64,000 bases of DNA, taken from positions 434,001 to 498,000 of the forward strand of contig OZ176056.1 of the NCBI GenBank assembly GCA_964247055.1. Direction: 5' to 3'. The translations under genes were made by a program, and so were the position numbers. Below are positions 41,801 through 57,022 of the stretch, piece after piece. The notes under the pieces were generated by a model. That model did no database searches and was not told the origin of the DNA. It was given only the letters and a program-made list of their open reading frames with translations. The stretch is from Paragordius varius (Eukaryota; Animalia; Nematomorpha). Every line of letters starts with the position of its first letter. Position 1 is the first letter of the stretch.

Positions 41801-44800
41801 AAATCGGATATTGGTCACCGGTGAACAAAATTATTTTTTATACATTCTCTTAGTAGGACTACATCAAAATATAGAGATAGTTTGGCAAACTGTTTCATAT
41901 CCGATTTTTACAACGATACTTTAAAAATTAATGTATAAAACTAGTCGCATCAATACTCAAGTTAAACTTTGTCCTTAAAAATCGAATATTGGTCACCGGT
42001 GAACAAAATTATTTTTTATACATTCTCTTAGTAAGACTACATCAAAATATAGAAATAGTTTGACAAACTCTTTCATATCCGATTTTTACAACGATACTTA
42101 AAAATTAATGTATTAAACTAGTCGCATCAATACTCAAGCTAAACATTGTCCTTAAAAATCGGATATTGGTCACCGGTGAACAAAACTATTTTATATACAT
42201 TCTCTTAGTAAGACTACATCAAAATATAGAGATAGTTTGACTAACTCTTTCATATCCGATTTTTACAACGATACTTTAAAAATTAATCTATTAAACTAGT
42301 CGCATCAATACTCAAGCTAAACATTGTCCTTAAAAATCGGATATTGGTCACCGGTGAACAAAACTATTTTTTATACATTCTCTTAGTAAGACTACATCAA
42401 AATATAGAGATAGTTTGAAAAACTCTTTCATATCCGATTTTTACAACGATACTTAAAAATTAAAGTATTAAACTAGTCGCATCAATACTCAAGCTAAACA
42501 TTGTCCTTAAAAATCGGATATTGGTCACGGGTGAACAAAATTATTTTTTATACATTCTCTTAGTAGGACTACATCAAAATATAGAGATAGTTTGGCAAAC
42601 TGTTTCATATCAGATTTTTACAACGATACTTTAAAAATTAATGTATAAAACTAGTCGCATCAATACTCAAGTTAAACTTTGTCCTTAAAAATCGAATATT
42701 GGTCACCGGTGAACAAAATTATTTTTTATACATTCTCTTAGTAAGACTACATCAAAATATAGAGATAGTTTGACTAACTCTTTCATATCCGATTTTTACA
42801 ACGATACTTTAAAAATTAATGTATTAAACTAGTCGCATCAATACTCAAGTTAAACTTTGTCCTTAAAAATCGGATATTGGTCACGGGTGAACAAAATTAT
42901 TTTTTATACATTCTCTTAGTAAGACTACATCAAATTATAGAGATAGTTTGACAAACTCTTTCATATCCGATTTTTACAACGATACTTTAAAAATTATGGT
43001 ATTAAACCAGTCGCATCAATACTCAAGTTAAACTTTGTCCTTAAAAATCGGATTGGTCACCGGTGAACAAAATTATTTTATATACATTCTCTAAGTAAGA
43101 CTACATCAAAATATAGAGATAGTTTGACAAACTCTTTCATATCCGATTTTTACAACGATACTTTAAAAATTATGGTATTAAACCAGTCGCATCAATACTC
43201 AAGTTAAACTTTGTCCTTAAAAATCGGATATTGGTCACCGGCGAACAAAATTATTTTATATACATTCTCTTAGTAAGACTACATCAAAATATAGAGATAG
43301 TTTGACAAACTCTTTCATATCCGATTTTTACAACGATACTTTAAAAATTAATGTATAAAACTAGTCACATCAATACTCAAGCTAAACATTGTCCTTAAAA
43401 ATCGGATATTGGTCACCGGCGAACAAAATTATTTTATATACATTCTCTTAGTAAGACTACATCAAAATATAGAGATAGTTTGACAAACTCTTTCATATCC
43501 GATTTTTACAACGATACTTTAAAAATTAATGTATAAAACTAGTCGCATCAATACTCAAGCTAAACATTGTCCTTAAAAATCGGATATTGGTCACCGGTGC
43601 ACAAAACTATTTTTTATACATTCTCTTAGTAAGACTACATCAAAATATAGAGATAGTTTGACAAACTCTTTCATATCCGATTTTTACAACGATACTTTAA
43701 AAATTAATGTATAAAACTAGTCGTATCAATAATTCGCATCAATACTCAAGTTAAACTTTGTCCTTAAAAATCGGATATTGGTCACCGGTGAACAAAATTA
43801 TTTTTTATACATTCTCTTAGTAGGACTACATCAAAATATAGAGATAGTTTGACAAACTCTTTCATATCCGATTTTTACAACGATACTTTTTTAAAATTAT
43901 GGTATTAAACCAGTCGCATCAATACTCAAGTTAAACTTTGTCCTTAAAAATCGGATATAGGTCACCGGTGAACAAAATTATTTTTTATACTCTTAATAAG
44001 ACTACATCAAAATATAGAGATAGTTTGACAAACTCTTTCATATCCGATTTTTACAACGATACTTTAAAAATTATGGTATTAAACCAGTCGCATCAATACT
44101 CAAGTTAAACTTTGTCCTTAAAAATCGGATATTGGTCACCGGCGAACAAAATTATTTTATATACATTCTCTTAGTAAGACTACATCAAAATATAGAGATA
44201 GTTTGACAAACTCTTTCATATCCGATTTTTACAACGATACTTTAAAAATTAATGTATAAAACTAGTCGCATCAATACTCAAGCTAAACATTGTCCTTAAA
44301 AATCGGATATTGGTCACCGGTGAACAAAACTATTTTTTATACATTCTCTTAGTAAGACTACATCAAAATATAGAGATAGTTTGACAAACTCTTTCATATC
44401 CGATTTTTACAACGATACTTTAAAAATTAATGTATAAAACTAGTCGTATCAATAATTCGCATCCATACTCAAGTTAAACTTTGTCCTTAAAAATCGGATA
44501 TTGGTCACCGGTGAACAAAATTATTTTTTATACATTCTCTTAGTAGGACTACATCAAAATATAGAGATAGTTTGGCAAACTCTTTCATATCCGATTTTTA
44601 CAACGATACTTTAAAAATTAATGTATAAAACTAGTCGCATCAATACTCAAGTTAAACTTTGTCCTTAAAAATCGGATATTGGTCACCGGTGAACAAAATT
44701 ATTTTTTATACATTCTCTTAGTAAGACTACATTAAAATATAGAGATAGTTTTACAAACTCTTTCATATCCGATTTTTACAACGATACTTTAAAAATTAAT

Positions 44801-47800
44801 GTATTAAACTAGTCGCATCAATACTCAAGTTAAACTTTGTCCTTAAAAATCGGATATTGGTCACCGGTGAACAAAATAATTTTTTATACATTCTCTTAGT
44901 AAGACTACATCAAAATATAGAGATAGTTTGACAAACTCTTTCATATCCGATTTTTACAACGATACTTTTTTAAAATTATGGTATTAAACCAGTCGCATCA
45001 ATACTCAAGTTAAACTTTGTCCTTAAAAATCGGATATAGGTCACCGGTGAACAAAATTATTTTTTATACTCTTAGTAAGACTACATCAAAATATAGAGAT
45101 AGTTTGACAAACTCTTTCATATCCGATTTTTACAACGATACTTTAAAAATTATGGTATTAAACCAGTCGCATCAATACTCAAGTTAAACTTTGTCCTTAA
45201 AAATCGGATATTGGTCACCGGCGAACAAAATTATTTTATATACATTCTCTATGTAAGACTACATCAAAATATAGAGATAGTTTGACAAACTCTTTCATAT
45301 CCGATTTTTACAACGATACTTTAAAAATTATGGTATTAAACCAGTCGTATCAATACTCAAGCTAAACATTGTCCTTAAAAATCGGATATTGGTCACCGGT
45401 GAACAAAACTATTTTTTATACATTCTCTTAGTAAGACTACATCAAAATATAGAGATAGTTTGACAAACTCTTTCATATCCGATTTTTACAACGATACTTT
45501 AAAAATTAATGTATAAAACTAGTCGTATCAATAAATCGCATCAATACTCAAGTTAAACTTTGTCCTTAAAAATCGGATATTGGTCACCGGTGAACATAAT
45601 TATTTTTTATACATTCTCTTAGTAGGACTACATCAAAATATAGAGATAGTTTGGCAAACTCTTTCATATCCGATTTTTACAACGATACTTTAAAAATTAA
45701 TGTATAAAACTAGTCGCATCAATACTCAAGTTAAACTTTGTCCTTAAAAATCGAATATTGGTCACCGGTGAACAAAATTATATTTTATACATTCTCTTAG
45801 TAAGACTACATCAAAATATAGAGATAGTTTTACAAACTCTTTCATATCCGATTTTTACAACGATACTTTAAAAATTATGGTATTAAATCATTCGCATCAA
45901 TACTCAAGTTAAACTTTGTCCTTAAAAATCGGATATTGGTCACCGGTGAACAAAATTATTTTATATACATTCTCTTAGTAAGACTACATCAAAATATAGA
46001 GATAGTTTGACAAACTCTTTCATATCCGATATTTACAACGATACTTTAAAAATTAATGTATAAAACTAGTCGCATCAATACTCAAGCTAAACATTGTCCT
46101 TAAAAATCGGATATTGGTAACCGGTGAACAAAACTATTTTTTTATACATTCTCTTATTAAGACTACATCAAAATATAGAGATAGTTTGACAAACTCTTTC
46201 ATATCCGATTTTTACAACGATACTTTATTAATGTATTAAATTAGTCGCATCAATACTCAAGCTAAACATTGTCCTTAAAAATCGGATATTGGTCACCGGT
46301 GAACAAAACTATTTTTTATATATTCTCTTAGTAAGACTACATCAAAATATAGAGATAGTTTGACAAACTCTTTCATATCCGATTTGTACAACGATACTTT
46401 AAAAATTATGGTATTAAACCAGTCGCATCAATACTCAAGTTAAACTTTGTCCTTAAAAATCGGATATTGGTCACCGGAGAACAAAATTATTTTTTATACA
46501 TTCTCTTAGTAGGACTACATCAAAATATAGAGATAGTTTGGCAAACTGTTTCATATCCGATTTTTACAACGATACTTTAAAAATTAATGTATAAAACTAG
46601 TCGCATCAATACTCAAGTTAAACTTTGTCCTTAAAAATCGAATATTGGTCACCGGTGAACAAAATTATTTTTTATACATTCTCTTAGTAAGACTACATCA
46701 AAATATAGAGTTTGACAAACTCTTTCATATCCGATTTTTACAACGATACTTAAAAATTAATGTATTAAACTAGTCGCATCAATACTCAAGCTAAACATTG
46801 TCCTTAAAAATCGGATATTGGTCACCGGTGAACAAAACTATTTTTTATACATTCTCTTAGTAAGACTACATCAAAATATAGAGATAGTTTGACAAACTCT
46901 TTCATATCCGATTTTTACAACGATACTTTAAAAATTAATGTATTAAATTAGTCGCATCAATACTCAAGTTAAACTTTGTCCTTAAAAACGGATATTGGCG
47001 GGTGAACAAAATTATTTTTTATACATTCTCTTAGTAAGACTACATCAAAATATAGAGATAGTTTGACAAACTCTTTCATATCCGATTTGTACAACGATAC
47101 TTTAAAAATTATGGTATTAAACCATTCGCATCAATACTCAAGTTAAACTTTGTCCTTAAAAATCGGATTGGTCACCGGTGAACAAAATTATTTTATATAC
47201 ATTCTCTTAGTAAGACTACATCAAAATATAGAGATAATTTGACAAATTCTTTCATATCCGATTTTTACAACGATACTTTAAAAATTAATGTATAAAACTA
47301 GTCGTATATTTAAATCGCATCAATACTCAAGTTAAACTTTGTCCTTAAAAATCGGATATTGGTCTCCGGAGAACAAAATTATTTTTTACATTCTCTTAGT
47401 AGGACTACATCAAAATATAGAGATAGTTTGGCAAACTGTTTCATATCCGATTTTTACAACGATACTTTAAAAATTAATGTATAAAACTAGTCGCATCAAT
47501 ACTCAAGTTAAACTTTGTCCTTAAAAATCGAATATTGGTCACCGGTGAACAAATTTTTTTTATACATTCTGTTAGTAAGACTACATCTAAATATATAAAT
47601 AGTTTGACAAACTCTTTCATATCCGATTTTTACAACGATACTTAAAAATTAATGTATTAAACTAGTCGAATCAATACTCAAGCTAAACATTGTCCTTAAA
47701 AATCGGATATTGGTCACCGGTGAACAAAACTATTTTTTATACATTCTCTTAGTAAGACTACATCAAAATATAGAGATAGTTTGACAAACTCTTTCATATC

Positions 47801-50800
47801 CGATTTTTACAACGATACTTTAAAAATTAATGTATTAAATTAGTCGCATAAATACTCAAGTTAAACTTTGTCCTTAAAAATCGGATATTGGTCACGGGTG
47901 AACAAAATTATTTTTTATACATTCTCTTAGTAAGACTACATCAAAATATAGAGATAGTTTGACAAACTCTTTCATATCCGATTTGTACAACGATACTTTA
48001 AAAATTATGGTATTAAAATAGTCGCATCAATACTCAAGTTAAACTTTGTCCTTAAAAATCGGATTGATCACCCCTGAACAAAATTATTTTATATACATTC
48101 TCTTAGTAAGACTACATCAAAATATAGAGATAATTTGACAAATTCTTTCATATCCGATTTTTACAACGATACTTTAAAAATTAATGTATTAAATTAGTCG
48201 CATCAATACTCAAGTTAAACTTTGTCCTTAAAAATCGGATATTGGTCACGGGTGAACAAAATTATTTTTTATACATTCTCTTAGTAGGACTACATCAAAA
48301 TATAGAGATAGTTTGGCAAACTGTTTCATATCCGATTTTTACAACGATACTTTAAAAATTAATGTATAAAACTAGTCGCATCAATACTCAAGTTAAACTT
48401 TGTCCTTAAAAATCGAATATTGGTCACCGGTGAACAAAATTTTTTTTTATACATTCTCTTAGTAAGACTACATCAAAATATATAAATAGTTTGACAAACT
48501 CTTTCATATCCGATTTTTACAACGATACTTAAAAATTAATGTATTAAACTAGTCGCATCAATACTCAAGCTAAACATTGTCCTTAAAAATCGGATATTGG
48601 TCACCGGTGAACAAAACTATTTTTTATACATTCTCTTAGTAAGACTACATCAAAATATTGAGATAGTTTGAAACTCTTTCATATCCGATTTTTACAACGA
48701 TACTTTAAAAATTATGGTATTAAACCACTCGCATCAATACTCAAGTTAAACTTTGTCCTTAAAAATCGGATATTGGTCACCGGTGAACAAAATAATTTTT
48801 TATACATTCTCTTAGTAAGACTACATCAAAATATAGATATAGTTTGACAAACTCTTTCATATCCAATTTTTACAACGATACTTTTTTAAAATTATGGTAT
48901 TAAACCAGTCGCATCAATACTCAAGTTAAACTTTGTCCTTAAAAATCGGATATAGGTCACCGGTCAACAAAATTTTTTTTATACTCTTAGTAAGACTACA
49001 TCAAAATATAGAGATAGTTTGACAAACTCTTTCATATCCGATTTTTACAACGATACTTTAAAAATTATGGTATTAAACCAGTCGCATCAATACTCAAGTT
49101 AAACTTTGTCCTTAAAAATCGGATATTGGTCACCGGTGAACAAAACTATTTTTTATACATTTTCTTAGTAAGACTACATCAAAATATAGAGATAGTTTGA
49201 CAAACTCTTTCATATCCGATTTTTACAACGATACTTTAAAAATTAATGTATAAAACTAGTCGTATCAATAAATCGCATCAATACTCAAGTTAAGCTTTGT
49301 CCTTAAAAATCGGATATTGGTCACCGGTGAACAAAATTATTTTTTATACATTCTCTTAGTAGGACTACATCAAAATATAGAGATAGTTTGACAAACTCTT
49401 TCATATCCGATTTTTACAACGATACTTTAAAAATTAATGTATTAAACTAGTCGCATCAATACTCAAGTTAAACATTGTCCTTAAAAATCGGATATTGGTC
49501 ACCGGTGAACAAAACTATTTTTTATACATCTTAGTAAGACTACATCAAAATATAGAGATAGTTTGACAAACTCTTTCATATCCGATTTTTACAACGATAC
49601 TTTAAAAATTAATGTATAAAACTAGTCGTACAATAAATCGCATCAATACTCAAGTTAAACTTTGTCCTTAAAAATCGGATATTGGTCACCGGTGAACAAA
49701 ATTATTTTTTATACATTCTCTTAGTAGGACTACATCAAAATATAGAGATAGTTTGACAAACTCTTTCATATCCGATTTTTACAACGATACTTTAAAAATT
49801 AATGTATTAAACTAGTCGCATCAATACTCAAGTTAAACTTTGTCCTTAAAAATCGGATATTGGTCACGGGTGAACAAAATTATTTTTTATACATTCTCTT
49901 AGTAGGACTACATCAAAATATAGAGATAGTTTGGCAAACTGTTTCATATCCGATTTTTACAACGATACTTTAAAAATTAATGTATAAAACTAGTCGCATC
50001 AATACTCAAGTTAAACTTTGTCCTTAAAAATCGAATATTGGTCACAGGTGAACAAAATTATTTTTTATACATTCTCTTAGTAAGACTACATCAAAATATA
50101 TAAATAGTTTGACAAACTCTTTCATATCCGATTTTTACAACGATACTTAAAAATTAATGTATTAAACTAGTCGCATCAATACTCAAGCTAAACATTGTCC
50201 TTAAAAATCGGATATTGGTCACCGGTGAACAAATCTATTTTTTATACATTCTCTTAGTAAGACTACATCAAAATATAGAGATAGTTTGAAACTCTTTCAT
50301 ATCCGATTTTTACAACGATACTTTAAAAATTATGGTATTAAACCACTCGCATCAATACTCAAGTTAAACTTTGTCCTTAAAAATCGGATTGGTCACCGGT
50401 GAACAAAATTATTTTATATACATTCTCTTAGTAAGACTACATCAAAATATAGAGATAGTTTGACAAACTCTTTCATATCCGATTTTTACAACGATACTTT
50501 AAAAATTAATGTATAAAACTAGTCGTATCAATAAATCGCATCAATACTCAAGTTAAGCTTTGTCCTTAAAAATCGGATATTGGTCACCGGTGAACAAAAT
50601 TATTTTTTATACATTCTCTTAGTAGGACTACATCAAAATATAGAGATAGTTTGACAAACTCTTTCATATCCGATTTTTACAACGATACTTTAAAAATTAA
50701 TGTATTAAACTAGTCGCATCAATACTCAAGTTAAACATTGTCCTTAAAAATCGGATATTGGTCACCGGTGAACAAAACTATTTTTTATACATCTTAGTAA

Positions 50801-53800
50801 GACTACATCAAAATATAGAGATAGTTTGACAAACTCTTTCATATCCGATTTTTACAACGATACTTTAAAAATTAATGTATAAAACTAGTCGTACAATAAA
50901 TCGCATCAATACTCAAGTTAAACTTTGTCCTTAAAAATCGGATATTGGTCACCGGTGAACAAAATTATTTTTTATACATTCTCTTAGTAGGACTACATCA
51001 AAATATAGAGATAGTTTGACAAACTCTTTCATATCCGATTTTTACAACGATACTTTAAAAATTAATGTATTAAACTAGTCGCATCAATACTCAAGTTAAA
51101 CTTTGTCCTTAAAAATCGGATATTGGTCACGGGTGAACAAAATTATTTTTTATACATTCTCTTAGTAGGACTACATCAAAATATAGAGATAGTTTGGCAA
51201 ACTGTTTCATATCCGATTTTTACAACGATACTTTAAAAATTAATGTATAAAACTAGTCGCATCAATACTCAAGTTAAACTTTGTCCTTAAAAATCGAATA
51301 TTGGTCACAGGTGAACAAAATTATTTTTTATACATTCTCTTAGTAAGACTACATCAAAATATATAAATAGTTTGACAAACTCTTTCATATCCGATTTTTA
51401 CAACGATACTTAAAAATTAATGTATTAAACTAGTCGCATCAATACTCAAGCTAAACATTGTCCTTAAAAATCGGATATTGGTCACCGGTGAACAAATCTA
51501 TTTTTTATACATTCTCTTAGTAAGACTACATCAAAATATAGAGATAGTTTGAAACTCTTTCATATCCGATTTTTACAACGATACTTTAAAAATTATGGTA
51601 TTAAACCACTCGCATCAATACTCAAGTTAAACTTTGTCCTTAAAAATCGGATTGGTCACCGGTGAACAAAATTATTTTATATACATTCTCTTAGTAAGAC
51701 TACATCAAAATATAGAGATAGTTTGACAAACTCTTTCATATTAGATTTTTACAACGATACTTTAAAAATTAATGTATAAAACCAGTCGCATCAATACTCA
51801 AGTTAAACTTTGTCCTTAAAAATCGGATATTGGTCACCGGTGAACAAAATAATTTTTTATACATTCTCTTAGTAAGACTACATCAAAATATAGCTATAGT
51901 TTGACAAACTCTTTCATATCCGATTTTTACAACGATACTTTTTTAAAATTATGGTATTAAAACAGTCGCATCAATACTCAAGTTAAACTTTGTCCTTAAA
52001 AATCGGATATAGGTCACCGGTCAACAAAATTTTTTTTATACTCTTAGTAAGACTACATCAAAATATAGAGATAGTTTGACAAACTCTTTCATATCCGATT
52101 TTTACAACGATACTTTAAAAATTATGGTATTAAACCAGTCGCATCAATACTCAAGTTAAACTTTGTCCTTAAAAATCGGATATTGGTCACCGGTGAACAA
52201 AATTATTTTTTATACATTCTCTTAGTAGGACTACATCAAAATATAGAGATAGTTTGACAAACTCTTTCATATCCGATTTTTACAACGATACTTTAAAAAT
52301 TAATGTATTAAACTAGTCGCATCAATACTCAAGTTAAACTTTGTCCTTAAAAATCGGATATTGGTCACGGGTGAAGAAAATTATTTTTTATACATTCTCT
52401 TATTAAGACTACATCAAAATATAGAGATAATTTGACAAACTCTTTCATATCCGATTTTTACAACGATACTTTAAAAATTAATGTATAAAACTAGTCGTAT
52501 CAATAAATCGCATCAATACTCAAGTTAAACTTTGTCCTTGAAAATCGGATATTGGTCACCGGTGAACAAAATTATTTTTTATACATTCACTTAGTAGGAC
52601 TACATCAAAATATAGAGATAGTTTGGCAAACTGTTTCATATCCGATTTTTACAACGATACTTTAAAAATTAATGTATTAAACTAGTCGCATCAATACTCA
52701 AGTTAAACATTGTCCTTAAAAATCGGATATTGGTCACCGGTGAACAAAACTATTTTTTATACATCTTAGTAAGACTACATCAAAATATAGAGATAGTTTG
52801 ACAAACTCTTTCATATCCGATTTTTACAACGATACTTTAAAAATTAATGTATAAAACTAGTCGTACAATAAATCGCATCAATACTCAAGTTAAACTTTGT
52901 CCTTAAAAATCGGATATTGGTCACCGGTGAACAAAATTATTTTTTATACATTCTCTTAGTAGGACTACATCAAAATATAGAGATAGTTTGACAAACTCTT
53001 TCATATCCGATTTTTACAACGATACTTTAAAAATTAATGTATTAAACTAGTCGCATCAATACTCAAGTTAAACTTTGTCCTTAAAAATCGGATATTGGTC
53101 ACGGGTGAACAAAATTATTTTTTATACATTCTCTTAGTAGGACTACATCAAAATATAGAGATAGTTTGGCAAACTGTTTCATATCCGATTTTTACAACGA
53201 TACTTTAAAAATTAATGTATAAAACTAGTCGCATCAATACTCAAGTTAAACTTTGTCCTTAAAAATCGAATATTGGTCACAGGTGAACAAAATTATTTTT
53301 TATACATTCTCTTAGTAAGACTACATCAAAATATAGAAATAGTTTGACAAACTCTTTCATATCCGATTTTTACAACGATACTTAAAAATTAATGTATTAA
53401 ACTAGTCGCATCAATACTCAAGCTAAACATTGTCCTTAAAAATCGGATATTGGTCACCGGTGAACAAATCTATTTTTTATACATTCTCTTAGTAAGACTA
53501 CATCAAAATATAGAGATAGTTTGAAACTCTTTCATATCCGATTTTTACAACGATACTTTAAAAATTATGGTATTAAACCACTCGCATCAATACTCAAGTT
53601 AAACTTTGTCCTTAAAAATCGGATTGGTCACCGGTGAACAAAATTATTTTATATACATTCTCTTAGTAAGACTACATCAAAATATAGAGATAGTTTGACA
53701 AACTCTTTCATATCCGATTTTTACAACGATACTTTAAAAATTAATGTATAAAACTAGTCGTATCAATAAATCGCATCAATACTCAAGTTAAGCTTTGTCC

Positions 53801-54126
53801 TTAAAAATCGGATATTGGTCACCGGGGAACAAAATTATTTTTTATACATTCTCTTAGTAGGACTACATCAAAATATAGAGATAGTTTGACAAACTCTTTC
53901 ATATCCGATTTTTACAACGATACTTTAAAAATTAATGTATTAAACTAGTCGCATCAATACTCAAGTTAAACATTGTCCTTAAAAATCGGATATTGGTCAC
54001 CGGTGAACAAAACTATTTTTTATACATCTTAGTAAGACTACATCAAAATATAGAGATAGTTTGACAAACTCTTTCATATCCGATTTTTACAACGATACTT
54101 TAAAAATTAATGTATAAAACTAGTCG
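35887..54126. repeat. Copy 2 of the ~18-kb tandem duplication
   Basis: Carries the same ordered series of rare variants as copy 1. The match starts at 35887 (=17844) and ends at 54126 (=35922), where gtcgt replaces gtcgc. Confidence 0.93.
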
Positions 54127-55912
54127 TACAATAAATCGCATCAATACTCAAGTTAAACTTTGTCCTTAAAAATCGGATATTGGTCACCGGTGAACAAAAT
54201 TATTTTTTATACATTCTCTTAGTAGGACTACATCAAAATATAGAGATAGTTTGACAAACTCTTTCATATCCGATTTTTACAACGATACTTTAAAAATTAA
54301 TGTATTAAACTAGTCGCATCAATACTCAAGTTAAACTTTGTCCTTAAAAATCGGATATTGGTCACGGGTGAACAAAATTATTTTTTATACATTCTCTTAG
54401 TAGGACTACATCAAAATATAGAGATAGTTTGGCAAACTGTTTCATATCCGATTTTTACAACGATACTTTAAAAATTAATGTATAAAACTAGTCGCATCAA
54501 TACTCAAGTTAAACTTTGTCCTTAAAAATCGAATATTGGTCACAGGTGAACAAAATTTTTTTTTATACATTCTCTTAGTAAGACTACATCAAAATATATA
54601 AATAGTTTGACAAACTCTTTCATATCCGATTTTTACAACGATACTTAAAAATTAATGTATTAAACTAGTCGCATCAATACTCAAGCTAAACATTGTCCTT
54701 AAAAATCGGATATTGGTCACCGGTGAACAAATCTATTTTTTATACATTCTCTTAGTAAGACTACATCAAAATATAGAGATAGTTTGAAACTCTTTCATAT
54801 CCGATTTTTACAACGATACTTTAAAAATTATGGTATTAAACCACTCGCATCAATACTCAAGTTAAACTTTGTCCTTAAAAATCGGATTGGTCACCGGTGA
54901 ACAAAATTATTTTATATACATTCTCTTAGTAAGACTACATCAAAATATAGAGATAGTTTGACAAACTCTTTCATATTAGATTTTTACAACGATACTTTAA
55001 AAATTAATGTATAAAACCAGTCGCATCAATACTCAAGTTAAACTTTGTCCTTAAAAATCGGATATTGGTCACCGGTGAACAAAATAATTTTTTATACATT
55101 CTCTTAGTAAGACTACATCAAAATATAGCTATAGTTTGACAAACTCTTTCATATCCGATTTTTACAACGATACTTTTTTAAAATTATGGTATTAAAACAG
55201 TCGCATCAATACTCAAGTTAAACTTTGTCCTTAAAAATCGGATATAGGTCACCGGTCAACAAAATTTTTTTTATACTCTTAGTAAGACTACATCAAAATA
55301 TAGAGATAGTTTGACAAACTCTTTCATATCCGATTTTTACAACGATACTTTAAAAATTATGGTATTAAACCAGTCGCATCAATACTCAAGTTAAACTTTG
55401 TCCTTAAAAATCGGATATTGGTCACCGGTGAACAAAATTATTTTTTATACATTCTCTTAGTAGGACTACATCAAAATATAGAGATAGTTTGACAAACTCT
55501 TTCATATCCGATTTTTACAACGATACTTTAAAAATTAATGTATTAAACTAGTCGCATCAATACTCAAGTTAAACTTTGTCCTTAAAAATCGGATATTGGT
55601 CACGGGTGAAGAAAATTATTTTTTATACATTCTCTTATTAAGACTACATCAAAATATAGAGATAATTTGACAAACTCTTTCATATCCGATTTTTACAACG
55701 ATACTTTAAAAATTAATGTATAAAACTAGTCGTATCAATAAATCGCATCAATACTCAAGTTAAACTTTGTCCTTGAAAATCGGATATTGGTCACCGGTGA
55801 ACAAAATTATTTTTTATACATTCACTTAGTAGGACTACATCAAAATATAGAGATAGTTTGGCAAACTGTTTCATATCCGATTTTTACAACGATACTTTAA
55901 AAATTAATGTAT
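49399..55912. repeat. Tandem duplication with 3235-bp (18-monomer) period
   Basis: catcttag 49527/52762, aagctt 50555/53790, catattag 51741/54976, ttcacttag 52588/55823. Confidence 0.9.
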
Positions 55913-57022
55913 AAAACTAGTAGCATCAATACTCAAGTTAAACTTTGTCCTTAAAAATCGAATATTGGTCACCGGTGAACAAAACTATTTTTTATACATT
56001 CTCTTAGTAAGACTACATCAAAATATAGAGATAGTTTGACAAACTCTTTCATATCCGATTTGTACAACGATACTTTAAAAATTATGGTATTAAACCAGTC
56101 GCATCAATACTCAAGTTAAACTTTGTCCTTAAAAATCGGATTGGTCACCGGTGAACAAAATTATTTTATATACATTCTCTTAGTAAGACTACATCAAAAT
56201 ATACAGATAATTTGACAAATTCTTTCATATCCGATTTTTACAACGATACTTTAAAAATTAATGTATAAAACTAGTCGTATCAATAAATCGCATCAATACT
56301 CAAGTTAAACTTTGTCCTTAAAAATCGGATATTGGTCACCGGAGAACAAAATTATTTTTTATACATTCTCTTAGTAGGACTACATCAAAATATAGAGATA
56401 GTTTGGCAAACTGTTTCATATCCGATTTTTACAACGATACTTTAAAAATTAATGTATAAAAGTAGTCGCATCAATACTCAAGTTAAACTTTGTCCCTTAA
56501 AATCGGATTGGTCACCGGTGAACAAAAATATTTTATATACATTCTCTTAGTAAGACTACATCAAAATATAGAGATAGTTTGACAAACTCTTTCATATTAG
56601 ATTTTTACAACGATACTTTAAAAATTAATATATAAAACTAGTCGCATAAATACCCAAGCTAAACATTGTCCTTAAAAATCGGATATTGGTCACCGGTGAA
56701 CAAAATTATTTTTTATACTCTTAGTAAGACTACATCAAAATATAGAGATAGTTTGACAAACTCTTTCATATCCGATTTTTACAACGATACTTTAAAAATT
56801 ATGGTATTAAACCAGACAATCTATACTCAAGTTAAAATTTGTCCTTAAAAATCGGATATTGGTCACCGGTGAACAAAATTATTTTTTATACATTCTCTTA
56901 GTAAGACTACATCAAAATATAGAAATAGTTTGACAAACTCTTTCATATCCGATTTTTACAACGATACTTAAAAAATTAATGTATTAAACCAGTCGCATCA
57001 ATACTCAAGTTAAACTTTGTCC

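Noticed and set aside
45251-45252. ta>at swap as a micro-inversion
   Set aside because: The reverse complement of TA is TA, so this is not an inversion. It is seen once and may be a sequencing or polishing error.
56666-56848. 60-aa ORF MSLKIGYW...
   Set aside because: It starts at TTG inside the satellite. It is open only because of a 4-bp deletion (tatactcttag) and a 1-bp-shorter variant (cagacaatc). Other monomers with the 4-bp deletion stop at about 56 codons, just under the apparent 60-aa cutoff. There is no coding context or recognisable domain.
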